Assembly (NCBI GenBank): GCA_020184695.1 | Contig: JAANOX010000153.1 | Coordinates: forward strand, 868,001 to 932,000 | Length of the DNA stretch: 64,000 nucleotides | Direction: 5' to 3' | Origin: Histomonas meleagridis 2922-C6/04-290x | Taxonomy: Eukaryota; Protista; Parabasalia | Part shown: piece by piece, positions 47,354-58,542 of the stretch | How the letters are laid out: each line of letters begins with the position of its first letter | How positions within the stretch are numbered: position 1 is the stretch's first letter | Notes under the pieces: generated by a model | Database searches by the model: none | The model's input: only the letters and a program-made list of their open reading frames with translations | What the model was told of the DNA's origin: nothing | Made by a program: the position numbers and the translations under genes

Positions 47354-47935
47354 ATGCAAAAAAAAATCAACATTGTTTTACTCGGTGATTCTACCGTTGG
47401 AAAATATACAGTGATAAGAAGGTATTCTAGTGGAACCTATATTGATGAATATGATCCATATTTAGAAGAATGTTTTGACTTAAAAGTTAAAATTGACAAT
47501 AAAGAAATACCATTTCATGGTATCCTAGTAGCATGTCAAGATGACTTTGCATCAATGTGGCCATACAATGTGAGAAAAGGGGATGGATTTATATTAATGT
47601 ACTCAATAGATGATGAAATCAGTTTTAATGAAGTTCTAAAGTTTCATGAGCTCATTAAGAAGATAAAAGGTGATACACATGTACCAATTGTACTTTGTGG
47701 GAATAAATGTGATCTTCAAAAGCAAAGAAAAGTAAGCAAAGCTCAAGGCGATGAACTTGCTCGAAAGATTGGCGCGAAGTTCTTCGAAAGTTCAGCGCTT
47801 GAGGGTATTAATATTCAAGAAATGTTTGAAACTATTGTTGGAATGGTAATTAATGGTTGTGAAATGGATGGCAACAATATAAAAAATGAAAATAACACGG
47901 AAACGAAGCGGCATGAAGTATGTTTTATATCTTGA
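47354..47935 (+). CDS. Ras-family small GTPase with degenerate G1-G3 and CAAX (CFIS)
   Basis: GDSTVGKY, EYDPYLEE, LVACQ, intact GNKCD and ESSAL. Confidence 0.85.
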   Translation: MQKKINIVLLGDSTVGKYTVIRRYSSGTYIDEYDPYLEECFDLKVKIDNKEIPFHGILVACQDDFASMWPYNVRKGDGFILMYSIDDEISFNEVLKFHELIKKIKGDTHVPIVLCGNKCDLQKQRKVSKAQGDELARKIGAKFFESSALEGINIQEMFETIVGMVINGCEMDGNNIKNENNTETKRHEVCFIS

Positions 47936-48156
47936 CTTTAGTTTAAATTTATAAATTTTATATAAAAACAGAATAAACATTAATTTTTGATGAAAATGTT
48001 GTATTTTTCTGAGAAACGCATTGGCCTAGGTCTATCCAATCAGATAAGAAATAATATAAAGTGTAAGTGAACATAAATATATTAAATTTGATTCACAAAT
48101 ATGAATTTAGTTTCACTTAAAATTGGTTTATTTGCAATTTATCACCATTATAATAA

Positions 48157-49644
48157 ATGATTGAATTATTTCTTTCTTTGTTTTATCAATTTTTCACATT
48201 AAATCATGATCAATGGCCGTTTATTATTTCAGCCCTCATGCATTCCAAAGCACATGAACAGTTTCGTGCTTTTCTAGCTGCATCTCAGCGTGATATTATT
48301 CGAAAGGAACGTTTTTGCTTCGTTTCAAACAAGACTATATTTCAACCAAGTGACGATCAAATTAATGAACTTGAATTTCGTCTTGCAAACTTTATTAAAA
48401 CTCCATCTTTTGAAGAAGGAGGAACTTTCTTTAATTTGTACGAAGTTCGTGATTTACTTCCATTTATACCAGAAAATCATTTTAATGAATTAATCAATTC
48501 ACAAATTCTTGATAAAATCTTTGAAATATTATCACATGCTATAGAAAACGAAAGAGAATATGTGGGGTATGGATATTATATATTTACATTACTATCTTCA
48601 TGTATAACACCAAGATCACCATTTGTTTCTGTTTTAATTAACAATTATAATTTTATTTTAAATCTTCAACGTTTTCTTAATATAGCTACATATGATAAAA
48701 TAAAGGAAATTAGAGCGTCAATTAATTGTCTTATAAAGCTCATTGATCTTGGCGATCCAGAAATCAACAAGAAATTACTTGAATGTAAAATACTTGAAAT
48801 TATGATTGGAAGGTGTAATTCTGATTTGGATCAGAAACCTACATTTCAAGATGATATTAAAGCAATATTACATCTATCATCAATAGATAAAAATAACAAA
48901 ATGAAAGCACAACAATTTTCTCAACAACTTGTTTTATGTGAACAATTAGAAAATGAGCAAATTTGTGATGCACTCACTTTATTGGCAGGGATATTACGCC
49001 GTGTTGTTCCATTAACTCAAAGTTATAATTCACCAAGAGTCCTTGGTAGAATTCTTGAACTTTTAACATCAAATGATGAAAATATTCGCGAAAATGCTCT
49101 TCTTGTAATTCATCAGTTATCATGCGGTGATATTGGACCAATTTCTTTCCTTTTAAGTCATAATTTACTTCAAATTCTTTCAATGTTATCACAAAATGAT
49201 AAAAAACATACCCAACTCATTTTTAAAATCGTAGCAAATCTTGCTCTTAGACCTGAATTAATTGAAGCTATTATTCAAATGGGTTTTATATCTTCATTAA
49301 TAGATGCAATCGAAAATGGGACAATTATGGATTATATGTCTGCGTCTTGGTTGGCATCAAATATTTTATTTCAAGGAACTTTAGAACAAATTCATTTAAT
49401 ATCAAATCAAACAATTTTTAACTCACTTCTAACGAACTTAGATTGTGATAATGATCAGTTAGTATCCGTAATTCTTGAGAGTATTTATGCTGCATTAATG
49501 AAAGAAAAGCAATGTCAAAGAACAGAAGTATATCAATTAATTTCTTCAATGGGATTTGTGAACGCTTTTGAAGAAATGGCTAATAATGGCGATAATAATT
49601 ATGGCGCATTGATACAAAGTTTGTTGGAATTATTTAAACAATAA
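48157..49644 (+). CDS. Armadillo/HEAT-repeat protein (importin-alpha-like)
   Basis: Helical repeats such as IRENALLVIHQLS, IVANLAL and SWLASNIL; true start may be a downstream ATG. Confidence 0.65.
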   Translation: MIELFLSLFYQFFTLNHDQWPFIISALMHSKAHEQFRAFLAASQRDIIRKERFCFVSNKTIFQPSDDQINELEFRLANFIKTPSFEEGGTFFNLYEVRDLLPFIPENHFNELINSQILDKIFEILSHAIENEREYVGYGYYIFTLLSSCITPRSPFVSVLINNYNFILNLQRFLNIATYDKIKEIRASINCLIKLIDLGDPEINKKLLECKILEIMIGRCNSDLDQKPTFQDDIKAILHLSSIDKNNKMKAQQFSQQLVLCEQLENEQICDALTLLAGILRRVVPLTQSYNSPRVLGRILELLTSNDENIRENALLVIHQLSCGDIGPISFLLSHNLLQILSMLSQNDKKHTQLIFKIVANLALRPELIEAIIQMGFISSLIDAIENGTIMDYMSASWLASNILFQGTLEQIHLISNQTIFNSLLTNLDCDNDQLVSVILESIYAALMKEKQCQRTEVYQLISSMGFVNAFEEMANNGDNNYGALIQSLLELFKQ

Positions 49645-49889
49645 TTTTTCGTATAAATTTATAATTTATTTCGTACGAACTTAAACTTATTTTCTCTTTT
49701 GTGTAGTTAAAGTCTGGTACCTCGTCACGTGTTGCCACTCCCCAAAACAAGATCTTTTCGAGTTTCTTCTGCTTCTTTTTATTGTTATTCTTAATATTAT
49801 TACTATTGCTTTGTGCTTTTAATATTTCGACATTAAATAGTTCGTCATGTTCAAGTAATTGATGATGGGTTCGAAAAAAATAAAAAATT

Positions 49890-49962
49890 TGCATCTGGCA
49901 GGACTCGAACCCACAATCCCAGCCTCCGAAGGGCTGTGCCTTATCCATTGGGCCACAGATGC
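49890..49962 (-). tRNA. tRNA-Arg (anticodon TCG), intronless
   Basis: GCATCTG/CAGATGC acceptor stem, TGGCCCAATGGATAAGGC D-arm, CAGCC-CTTCGGA-GGCTG anticodon arm, GGTTCGAGTCC T-loop, downstream oligo-T terminator. Confidence 0.97.
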
Positions 49963-50075
49963 TTCCGATAATTATTCTTTAATTCGTTAGCTAATATATA
50001 CTAAATGAAATTTGATGAAGTTCATTCGAACAACTATATTATAATATTGACAAGGTTCGTTAACTATAACTCAGT

Positions 50076-51212
50076 ATGTCTGAAGTAAATCCACTTGATC
50101 AATTTCCAAACATAGCAATTGCTCAATTACGTGAAAGATATGCCATGTCACGTTCTCCAGCAGATGAAACAGCTTTGATGGAAAAAATTTTTGAAAATAA
50201 AATGTGTCCATATTATCTTTTACTTTGTCAACAATTTGACTGGGTGGTCGACGAAAAACTTGCAGCTGAGCTTTCTAACTCAAATAACGAAGAACTTGCT
50301 GAACTTCAACATGCCTTATCTGATGCTCGAGAAGCTAAAGGCGAAGAAGATGTTCGTGTTGCTTTACAGAATCTTGCGCTTTTTTACCTTAAGATAGGTG
50401 ATTTCCAAGAAAGCAAACGTCAACTTTCAGAATTATTTTCACATACAATTGCCCTTGGCCAAAAACTCGATGTTGTTTTCTGCCAAATGCGAATTTGCTT
50501 CTTCTATAATGAACACGTTGCATTCAAAGAGCTTCTTGATCAAGCACAATCTCTCATAAAAGAAGGAGGAGATTGGGAGCGTAAAAATCGCCTCAAAGTT
50601 TATGAAGGTCTTAATCTCTGCATCAATCGGAACTTTTGTGCCGCCAGCCAACTTTTTATTTCGACATTATCAACATTCACGGCAACCGAATTAATGGATT
50701 ACGAAGACTTTGTATATCGAACAGTACTTCTCTCAGTTTTATCTCTCAACCGCGCCGACTTTGGTGCCAAAATCGACCGCGCAATGGAAGTTCGGGCATC
50801 GAGCAAACCAGTTCAAGGACTTCTTTCGTTGTACCACTTAAACTACACAGAGTTCTTTGACGCGCTGACGGAAGTTGAACAGCGCATGAAAAGTGATATT
50901 TGGTTCTCTCGACATTTATCATATCTCATCAAAGAACTTCGAGTGAAGGCGTACAAACAGTACTTGGAACCGTACGAAGCATTGCAGATCACTGCAATGG
51001 CGCAAGCGTTCAGAGTTACGCCGCAATTCATCGAAGCAGAAGTCAGAAGATTCATAAGTAGTAATAAGCTAAGCGCAAAAATAGACAGAGTCAGCGGCAC
51101 AATACACACAAACCCGCCTGATAGCAGGGCTACAATGATGAGAGAGGCTCTGAAGGGTGGCGAGATACTCATCTCGAGATTACAGAAACTTGGAAGGATT
51201 CTGTCAGCCTAA
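50076..51212 (+). CDS. RPN7: 26S proteasome lid subunit Rpn7
   Basis: GGDWERKNRLKVYEG, LSTFTATEL, C-terminal PCI domain (KIDRVSGTI.TN.PD.R). Confidence 0.95.
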   Translation: MSEVNPLDQFPNIAIAQLRERYAMSRSPADETALMEKIFENKMCPYYLLLCQQFDWVVDEKLAAELSNSNNEELAELQHALSDAREAKGEEDVRVALQNLALFYLKIGDFQESKRQLSELFSHTIALGQKLDVVFCQMRICFFYNEHVAFKELLDQAQSLIKEGGDWERKNRLKVYEGLNLCINRNFCAASQLFISTLSTFTATELMDYEDFVYRTVLLSVLSLNRADFGAKIDRAMEVRASSKPVQGLLSLYHLNYTEFFDALTEVEQRMKSDIWFSRHLSYLIKELRVKAYKQYLEPYEALQITAMAQAFRVTPQFIEAEVRRFISSNKLSAKIDRVSGTIHTNPPDSRATMMREALKGGEILISRLQKLGRILSA

Positions 51213-51782
51213 AAAGGAAATATGTCAAAGGTTAAACAGCTTAAAATAGAATTTGTATTTGATTTTATTTTTTGGGAGAGCAAATTGAAATTTTTGGTTT
51301 TTGATAATTATCGTGTCGAAGCTGTAGAACATTTACGCATTTGTTCAGCACTTGTCAATAAAAGCACAGAATATTTTTTTATGAGAATTTGAATTGTTTG
51401 AAATCTGATTAAATATGTATTTTTCATATTTATGTTAAACGTAAGTAATTAACAACTAGAACAAAGAAAGTTTTGAATTTACTTTTGTTTTGAAAAATTT
51501 AGAAAATTAAATTTTTTTTTATGTTTTCAGTATTTATAAAATCTGATTCATTTTTAATTTAGAAGATAAACTATGACCAAGTAATACCAAAATCATTGAT
51601 TTGTTCATAATGAATTTAAAATTTTAATTGTAATCTTTTATTGTAATTTTCGAAAAACTCCTAGGAGCTTATCGCAGCACGTAATATTTATTGATAACAC
51701 TATTAATTCGATGTGAACCAGTTTCTGCATCCAAAAATGCTGAAAAATGATTTAAAACGTATTTATAAACGTCTTTCTAAGA

Positions 51783-54335
51783 ATGCTATGCTGTTTGATT
51801 TTTGTGGTGTATTCAGCTGATAACTTCCCTTACCTATCAACTGAGTGCCAAAGTAGTCAAGTATATAATTCTACTGGTTATGGTTGCGAATCGTGCTCAA
51901 ATGGAACAACTAATTATTCTGATTATTGCAGACCTGAAAATCAACCATATATACTCGAAAATGGCGCATTCGTTAGCGAATGTAATGACGAAGGTTACAC
52001 CATTTTTGGAGGAATTTGTTTCGAAATTTCAAGATTTGAAGAAAAACTCAATTATTATAAAAATCTTGTTGAATCGTCTAGCATCATCTACTATGACACG
52101 CTGACTTCATTGGATTCCAACACAGTTGTGTCTTCTGCAATGTCAGAAGAATTTAAAAATCAATTAATTGCGGCAATGATTTGCTATAATGTTGACAAAA
52201 CAAATCAAACAGCGATGCAAATGATTGGGAATGCATGTGCAGTCACAAGTTATGATATAAATTCAATAGCTTGTGATGTATTCAATAATAACATCACACA
52301 AAATCAACCAACTAACAGGTACGGTTATAGATATTGGCCTCAGAGTGGACCCTTTCTGCATTATGGATTAAATACACCTCTTGAATATGTAATGAGTGAA
52401 AATCTCATCTCAACTCGCTTTTCAATCGGGCAAGAAATAACTTTTCAGCTTGGAAGGTTTTCGAAATATGGAAAGTTCTTAGGATTTACGGAGTTAAAAC
52501 TTAACTTACAAAAATGTGGAAATACAAATGATATTATATATAAATGGAGAGAGTTTGGAACAAATTATTATAGTAGTTGTTTAATAGATCTATCAGAGCT
52601 TATAGAGTCTGACACAACTGATTTTTTTGATCCTTTTATTGAGGATACTATCATTTCAGGTAATACAATTTTAAGACCTATTCCAGTTTTTCTAAAGAAT
52701 TACAGAGGCACATCTTCTCTCGCAGTTAATCGTCAAGAAACAACTTCTAATTATCGTGCTGCTCGTCGTTTTTTCCTTATGGATAATTACACTTCATCAG
52801 ATAATCCAAACGGAGTTATTCAATATTTAACTAATCTCTCAATTGCGGTGAACGTTAACGGCGAATCAATCATGCCTTTGTTTAACATTGAATATTCGCA
52901 AATACGAAAAACTGATATTGTTCATACAGATGAAATTCGTTTTAAGGAAGAAACGTTAACGCATAAAAAATTTACTTTTGAAGTCATGTATTTAAGTAAT
53001 CTCGATTCCTTTTGGCAAGCTCTTCTGATTGTCTTTTGTATATGTATTGTTGTTGCATTAATTTTTCTTATATTTAAGATGTTTACATTTTGTTGGAGAA
53101 ATGCATCTGATGGGTTTAATTTCTCGGTATTTTTAGGAATTATTGGTTATTCATTTGATATATTTAGTTTAATGTTATTTATTATATCATTTGCATTTTC
53201 GCTTTATGTGTTTATATTATTTAAATTTGTAAAAAACACTTCTTTCTTTCTTCCACCAGAAGAAGATTTCCAATTATTAATACCTGTTTTATGGGTTGCG
53301 TTTGGACTTAAAGCTATATCTATTATCTGTTTTATATTAATACAAAGAACTTATAATGTTTTTATTGTTGATTGGGAAACGCCTAAACCAAAAGATATAT
53401 CTATTTCATGTTGGAGACGGATAATGATAGGAAATGAATTTTGTCGAATTAATATTATTCGAAGTTATAATGTAACATTTACATTACTTACAATTGTTTT
53501 CATTATATATGGATTTGATTTAGATTTATTAGCGACACCAATTCCTTCAACTCAACTAATTGATATGGGGAAACAATACTTTTTGTTAAGATATGCTTTT
53601 GTTTCATTCATTTGGTTAATTTTAATTCTTCTTGAATATATTTGGTATAATTTTATATATTGGAATATTATCGGAAATCCTTTTTTAAATTTTGTTGAGC
53701 TTTGTTCATCATCGAATATATCCGTACAAATAAAAACTTGTAATTTCCATGGATATTATATCAATGGGAAATCTGATAATGAAATAAAACCTAAAAAAGA
53801 AAAATCAAAAACAAATGAAAAAGTTTTTGAGACATTTTTTTCGACTGAGTTACGAAACACTTTTAATGATTTATTTAATACAATGATGGCCCAATTTGGA
53901 CCTCCTCCTGTTGTAAGTTTAACTCCACATTTATCAGGAAATATTCCACATGAAGTATATAAAATTAATAATGAATTAAATCAATTCATGAAAAATGTTT
54001 ATGATAATGATAATGAGAACGGTCATAAAATTTTGATACAGCAAAGATCAATTTCACAAGAGTTATTAGAAACAGTTCCAACGGTATTAGAAGATAGTGT
54101 ATTTACAATTGTAAAAAATGACAGATATAAAAAGGCAATGTTAAGCGGAATAGAAATGAAACTACAATTGTTTTATTTGTTGTTGCTTGTTTGTATTGAT
54201 ATGGTAACAGATTCATTGTGCATTTCGGCTTTGGTGGTGTTTTTAATAGATTTTTTGATAATAAAAATATATAAGTTAATGGGAAGAGCAAATCTTTCAA
54301 AAAAGTTTCTGCTTGATGACAGATTGTTGAAATAA
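51783..54335 (+). CDS. TMEM67: Meckelin (TMEM67/MKS3)
   Basis: Signal peptide, Cys-rich N-terminus, RRFFLMDN, FIVDWETP, SCWRRIMIGNEF, multiple TM helices. Confidence 0.85.
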   Translation: MLCCLIFVVYSADNFPYLSTECQSSQVYNSTGYGCESCSNGTTNYSDYCRPENQPYILENGAFVSECNDEGYTIFGGICFEISRFEEKLNYYKNLVESSSIIYYDTLTSLDSNTVVSSAMSEEFKNQLIAAMICYNVDKTNQTAMQMIGNACAVTSYDINSIACDVFNNNITQNQPTNRYGYRYWPQSGPFLHYGLNTPLEYVMSENLISTRFSIGQEITFQLGRFSKYGKFLGFTELKLNLQKCGNTNDIIYKWREFGTNYYSSCLIDLSELIESDTTDFFDPFIEDTIISGNTILRPIPVFLKNYRGTSSLAVNRQETTSNYRAARRFFLMDNYTSSDNPNGVIQYLTNLSIAVNVNGESIMPLFNIEYSQIRKTDIVHTDEIRFKEETLTHKKFTFEVMYLSNLDSFWQALLIVFCICIVVALIFLIFKMFTFCWRNASDGFNFSVFLGIIGYSFDIFSLMLFIISFAFSLYVFILFKFVKNTSFFLPPEEDFQLLIPVLWVAFGLKAISIICFILIQRTYNVFIVDWETPKPKDISISCWRRIMIGNEFCRINIIRSYNVTFTLLTIVFIIYGFDLDLLATPIPSTQLIDMGKQYFLLRYAFVSFIWLILILLEYIWYNFIYWNIIGNPFLNFVELCSSSNISVQIKTCNFHGYYINGKSDNEIKPKKEKSKTNEKVFETFFSTELRNTFNDLFNTMMAQFGPPPVVSLTPHLSGNIPHEVYKINNELNQFMKNVYDNDNENGHKILIQQRSISQELLETVPTVLEDSVFTIVKNDRYKKAMLSGIEMKLQLFYLLLLVCIDMVTDSLCISALVVFLIDFLIIKIYKLMGRANLSKKFLLDDRLLK

Positions 54336-54669
54336 CATTATTACATATATTGTGATTTAAATAAATAGAAAATTACGATTTTTTTTTTCTTTTATTCTTA
54401 AAAGTGTGTTGTATGCACACCTTTGTACAAAAATAAATATTTATTTTATTGTAATGATATTTTTAATTATTTGTACATTTCATTTATTGGCTAAAAAACC
54501 AAATTATTCTGTAATAACCTTTATAAAGCCAAAAAGCAGAAACAAGGAAATATGACACGATATTAAAGAATAATCTAGTTTTTATAAACTTAAGGATTTC
54601 TTCTAGGTAACCTACTCCAAGTTTCAAAATTTCGGATTAAATAATAATAATAATTTTTTAATAACTTAT

Positions 54670-55510
54670 AAATTATTTAATACAGCACTTATGAAAGCAT
54701 CTTCAGTTGGTTATGTAGAAATAGTTAATTCTCTCAATAATTTTCTTCAATATCTTAATCAATAATTTACGAATGATCAACTGGTTTATATTTAATTATA
54801 TCCATTTTGACCTATTTTTATTCCTTGTAGATACTTCTCTTGTTTTTGGTTAAGAAGTAATTTTACTATTTCTATATTACAATTATAAGATGGTTTCATA
54901 AGTGCAGTTTCAAACAAAATAAATAATTTCCAAATATTATTTTGAAATAGGGCAAAATCATGAAAACAAATATACAACAAAACAAATAAATATTTTGAGC
55001 ATTTATATCAATTCCTTTAAAAACAATAAGTACATATGTAACTATTTTTATATAACCTTTTGAAGATGCCAATATAAGCGGTGTATCATTTATTAAAAAT
55101 AATTTCCAATAATTATTTTAAAACATCATTTTATTAAAATAAATTCCATTTAAAACAATTAAATATTTTGTTCATTAAATAAGTATCTTGAGCATTGATA
55201 TCAATTCCTTCTTGTTTAAGAAGTAATTTAACTATGTCTATATTTCCTTTTTCAAAAGCATATATAAGTGCTGTGCTAAATAATTAAAATAATTTCCAAA
55301 TATTATTTTGAAAAATTGATATTAAATAAAACAAATAAATATTTTTAGCATTAATATCAATTCCTTTTTGTTCAAGAAGTAATTCAACCATTTCTGTATG
55401 ACCTTTTTCAGATGCGATCATAAGTGCTGTTTGAAATATTTTAAATAATTATCAAATATTATTTTGAAATATTATATTAATTAAATAATTTATAGTTTTA
55501 GCATTCTTAA
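54670..55510 (-). pseudogene. Ankyrin-repeat array with AT-rich inserts between repeats (plus one + strand ankyrin fragment at ~54680-54745)
   Basis: Units TALMIASEKGHTEMVELLLEQKGIDINAK, TALIYAFEKGNIDIVKLLL, TPLILASSKG.. and TALMK..; stops and frameshifts lie mainly in the linkers. Confidence 0.75.
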
Positions 55511-55579
55511 AAAAATTTTTTAACTTGAGATCAGATTTGTGGGGTGCCCCACAATTTCACATAACATTTCATTGACCGA

Positions 55580-56119
55580 ATGCTCCAGTATTTGTTCTTA
55601 TCAGTTGGAGCCTCTTTAGTTGCTTCAATTATCAATGTTACAATTAACTGGTTTTTAATGTACCGTGACTCTAAGTTTGTATCACAATCTGAGCAAATTG
55701 AAAAGAATAAGAAAATAATTGAAGAACTTCAATCAAAAGATGAAGAAGACAAGGCATCAGCTAAAAAGATCAAACGATTGAACAAAGAAATAGAAGAATT
55801 TCAGAAAGATATTTCAATGAAATCAGCAAAATCGAATCTCATTTCTGGTATTGTTCTTTTCATGTTTAACAGACTTGTTAAGGGATACTTTGAAAACATA
55901 GTTTGTGCAAAAATTCCATTCACACCTTTCGGAATTATTTCAAGAATATCACATTCTGGAATTGAAAATGATAACTTAAAAGATGGAAACTTCCAATTTA
56001 TCTACTGGCTTGGCACAACCGTTTTCCGTGATATGCTTAATAAGTTATTCGGTTTCCAATTAGTTAAAATGGATTTCCAATCAATGATGGATTCGAAGAT
56101 GCAACAGATGCAAAAGTAA
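55580..56119 (+). CDS. TMCO1: TMCO1 (DUF106/Oxa1 superfamily ER membrane protein)
   Basis: N-terminal TM, coiled coil, AKIPFTPF...ISH...FQFIYWL..FRDMLNKLFGF. Confidence 0.8.
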   Translation: MLQYLFLSVGASLVASIINVTINWFLMYRDSKFVSQSEQIEKNKKIIEELQSKDEEDKASAKKIKRLNKEIEEFQKDISMKSAKSNLISGIVLFMFNRLVKGYFENIVCAKIPFTPFGIISRISHSGIENDNLKDGNFQFIYWLGTTVFRDMLNKLFGFQLVKMDFQSMMDSKMQQMQK

Positions 56120-56385
56120 ACGCCACTTTCTTTGGTATCTATTTGACTAAGTAAAATCAAAATATGAAATTTTTAATTGATGTAAATATAAACATTTTCA
56201 ATTAATCTTATTCAATTATATGTATATATTTTGTAATTGCAATAGTAAAGCAGTGGCTTTATTACATTGATTTATAATATAAAAAAATGAGATTAAATCT
56301 AAATAATGTCAAAGTCGATTTTAACCAAAACTCAAAAATAAACAAAAAGAACGAAAAGCTGATTTGAAGAAAAACATAACAATAT

Positions 56386-57732
56386 TTATTCATCATCCTC
56401 TTCTTCAGATTCTGAACTCAAATCACTTGAACTATCTTTATAAGGGAAAGCAGCAGCCAAAGGGTCTTCGTCATCTATTTTATTTGGTGTTTCTCCTCCG
56501 TATTTTGTTGATAATATCAATTTTTTCCTTCGATATTCCCCGTTAATATATTGTTCCCAATCTGTTGACTTTTCTAGTTTTCCCTTTACCACCAAACCAT
56601 TTATTAATTCTATCATTTTATCTATTTGCCCCCAAAAGCATGAAATAATTTTTTCTCTTTTGTTTATCACGTCGATCAAAACCGCCATCATATTTGTCAC
56701 TTTTACGAATTCTATGAACTCTGGTTCAAATCTGTGTAAAGCTTTGAATAGCGATAAAAATGCCAAGTGAAGGAAACTGTTCGTTTTGCATTCAATAAAC
56801 ACTTCAAAAAAATATATCAAAAAGTCAATTATTTCCTTTTCGATGTAATTGTCGGATTTCATTATAAACTTTATAATACCTATAGCATATTTCTTGTCGC
56901 TTAAGAAGGTTTTATCTCGCTTAATGTATTCGATGATTTTGTTGGTGGATTCTTGGAGAAGTGTAATGATTGAATCTAACTCTTCTTTGCTGAAGGTTTT
57001 AGTTAGTGCATATAAATACCCTAATGATGATGACGAAAGTTCTTGTGTAGGGGAATTAATAGCTAAATCAATTATTTCTTTGATTTTGGATTCATTTAGA
57101 ATTCGTTCAAGTACAGTTTTATTATGTGGAATTGACTTAAGATATAGGGTTAAAAGATTTAATGATCGACGCGCAATTGTTTCGGGATATGAAAAAAGTT
57201 TATAAAGATAAACATCAATATGAAGATTATTTAACCAAGCTTTTGCGAAACCAAATGTTTGATCGGAAAGTATGTTAGACACAAACTCGTAATATGGATC
57301 TTGGTCAATTTTGCTAAGTAAAAGTTCAAAAAATTCTTTTGGTGATTTGATATCATTTAAAACTAATGAACTCGAAAATTCAACTATTCCACGAAGAATA
57401 GCTAATAAATGAACTTCGTGAATATTTTCATTAAATTTTTCTATTAAATAATTAATAAATTCCGGATCTCGAGAAAAACGACTTTTTAATTGTTCATTTT
57501 CTAATAGAATTGCTAATGATCGAGCATTAATAACATCATTATCATCCTTTGATATTGCTCGATTTATTAATTCTTTATAATGTGCTTGTATAAATGAAAT
57601 TAAATTTGGTAATTTTTGCTTGATGGCAGGAATTATTCGATCAAGCGACATGGCTTCTTCGAAAGTAAGCCTATTGTTTTTAATTCCATCTTCAAGGTCT
57701 GTGTAAAACTTTTGCCATTGGAGGTAAGACAT
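56386..57732 (-). CDS. SIT4-associated (SAPS/PP6 regulatory subunit)-like helical protein
   Basis: LTFEEAMSL...LPNLISFI N-terminal pattern, SFLH, acidic tail. Start at ATG 57732; the track's extension to 58011 overlaps the opposite gene. Confidence 0.6.
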   Translation of the reverse strand: MSYLQWQKFYTDLEDGIKNNRLTFEEAMSLDRIIPAIKQKLPNLISFIQAHYKELINRAISKDDNDVINARSLAILLENEQLKSRFSRDPEFINYLIEKFNENIHEVHLLAILRGIVEFSSSLVLNDIKSPKEFFELLLSKIDQDPYYEFVSNILSDQTFGFAKAWLNNLHIDVYLYKLFSYPETIARRSLNLLTLYLKSIPHNKTVLERILNESKIKEIIDLAINSPTQELSSSSLGYLYALTKTFSKEELDSIITLLQESTNKIIEYIKRDKTFLSDKKYAIGIIKFIMKSDNYIEKEIIDFLIYFFEVFIECKTNSFLHLAFLSLFKALHRFEPEFIEFVKVTNMMAVLIDVINKREKIISCFWGQIDKMIELINGLVVKGKLEKSTDWEQYINGEYRRKKLILSTKYGGETPNKIDDEDPLAAAFPYKDSSSDLSSESEEEDDE

Positions 57733-57818
57733 TAAGTTAATCCACAGCCCTTTAAAAGTGCACTTTTTTGATAAAACGGTTTTAACCGTCTTTAACGGGC
57801 AAAAATAATTTTTAAAAA
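57733..57818. promoter_or_regulatory. Candidate 86-bp bidirectional promoter
   Basis: Lies between divergent ATGs; palindrome AAAAGTGCACTTTT (57754-57767) and M3-like AACGGTT (57775) and AACCGTC (57784). Confidence 0.5.
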
Positions 57819-58412
57819 ATGAGCAACCAACCAAACGTTGCAAGTTCGAATCAACAATCAAAAGCTCAAAGCGATTCTCCAAATAAGATAAACACTGAAA
57901 AACTTCCAAGTTTTTCAAATTACAAAACGAATCAAATTCCTGATCGAAAAAATGATATACCAAAATCAAATTCCGAAAATACATTAATTTTTGATGAAGA
58001 AAGGTTTTCAAAAATCACGGAAAATATTCAAAAGAAATTCCCAATACACCAAGATCCAATTCTTCCAATGTTCTTGGATTCTCTTGTTTTTGCCGAAATA
58101 GGGAAACAAGATTCAATAATTCAAGGTATATATAAAGATATGGAACAACTTTGCTTTATTTCAGAGCAATTCAATGATAAATCAAATGAATGTTCTGTTA
58201 CCACAAAAAAACTTTATGAATCTGTAAAAGTACTTGATAAATCAATTTCCAAAACAAGTAATTTAATTCGTAAGATGTCAAAAAAGAAATATTCATTTCT
58301 TGAATTCATCCTAATGGCCATTACATGGGTTGTTTACCTAATCCCAAATGCAATCAAAGCATTAATCGAAAGACTCAAACGAAAAAATGAAAATTCAGAT
58401 TCATCAAACTAA
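57819..58412 (+). CDS. Hypothetical protein with coiled coil and C-terminal hydrophobic segment
   Basis: 197-aa ATG ORF; FLEFILMAITWVVYLIP near the C-terminus. Confidence 0.7.
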   Translation: MSNQPNVASSNQQSKAQSDSPNKINTEKLPSFSNYKTNQIPDRKNDIPKSNSENTLIFDEERFSKITENIQKKFPIHQDPILPMFLDSLVFAEIGKQDSIIQGIYKDMEQLCFISEQFNDKSNECSVTTKKLYESVKVLDKSISKTSNLIRKMSKKKYSFLEFILMAITWVVYLIPNAIKALIERLKRKNENSDSSN

Positions 58413-58542
58413 CATTTAACAACACGAAACCAACATTCATCGTTAAAGGACATGCTATAAGCATTGTTACAGCAAATTTAAGATATTATTTTTTCAAACA
58501 ACATTCTCTTTTCACATCACATGTCGCATAATATTTAAACGG

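Noticed and set aside
49634-49948. 104-aa ORF
   Set aside because: Overlaps the tRNA-Arg gene and has low-complexity composition.
57733-58011. N-terminal extension of the 541-aa ORF
   Set aside because: TTG start and overlap with the opposite-strand gene at 57819; ATG 57732 is more plausible.
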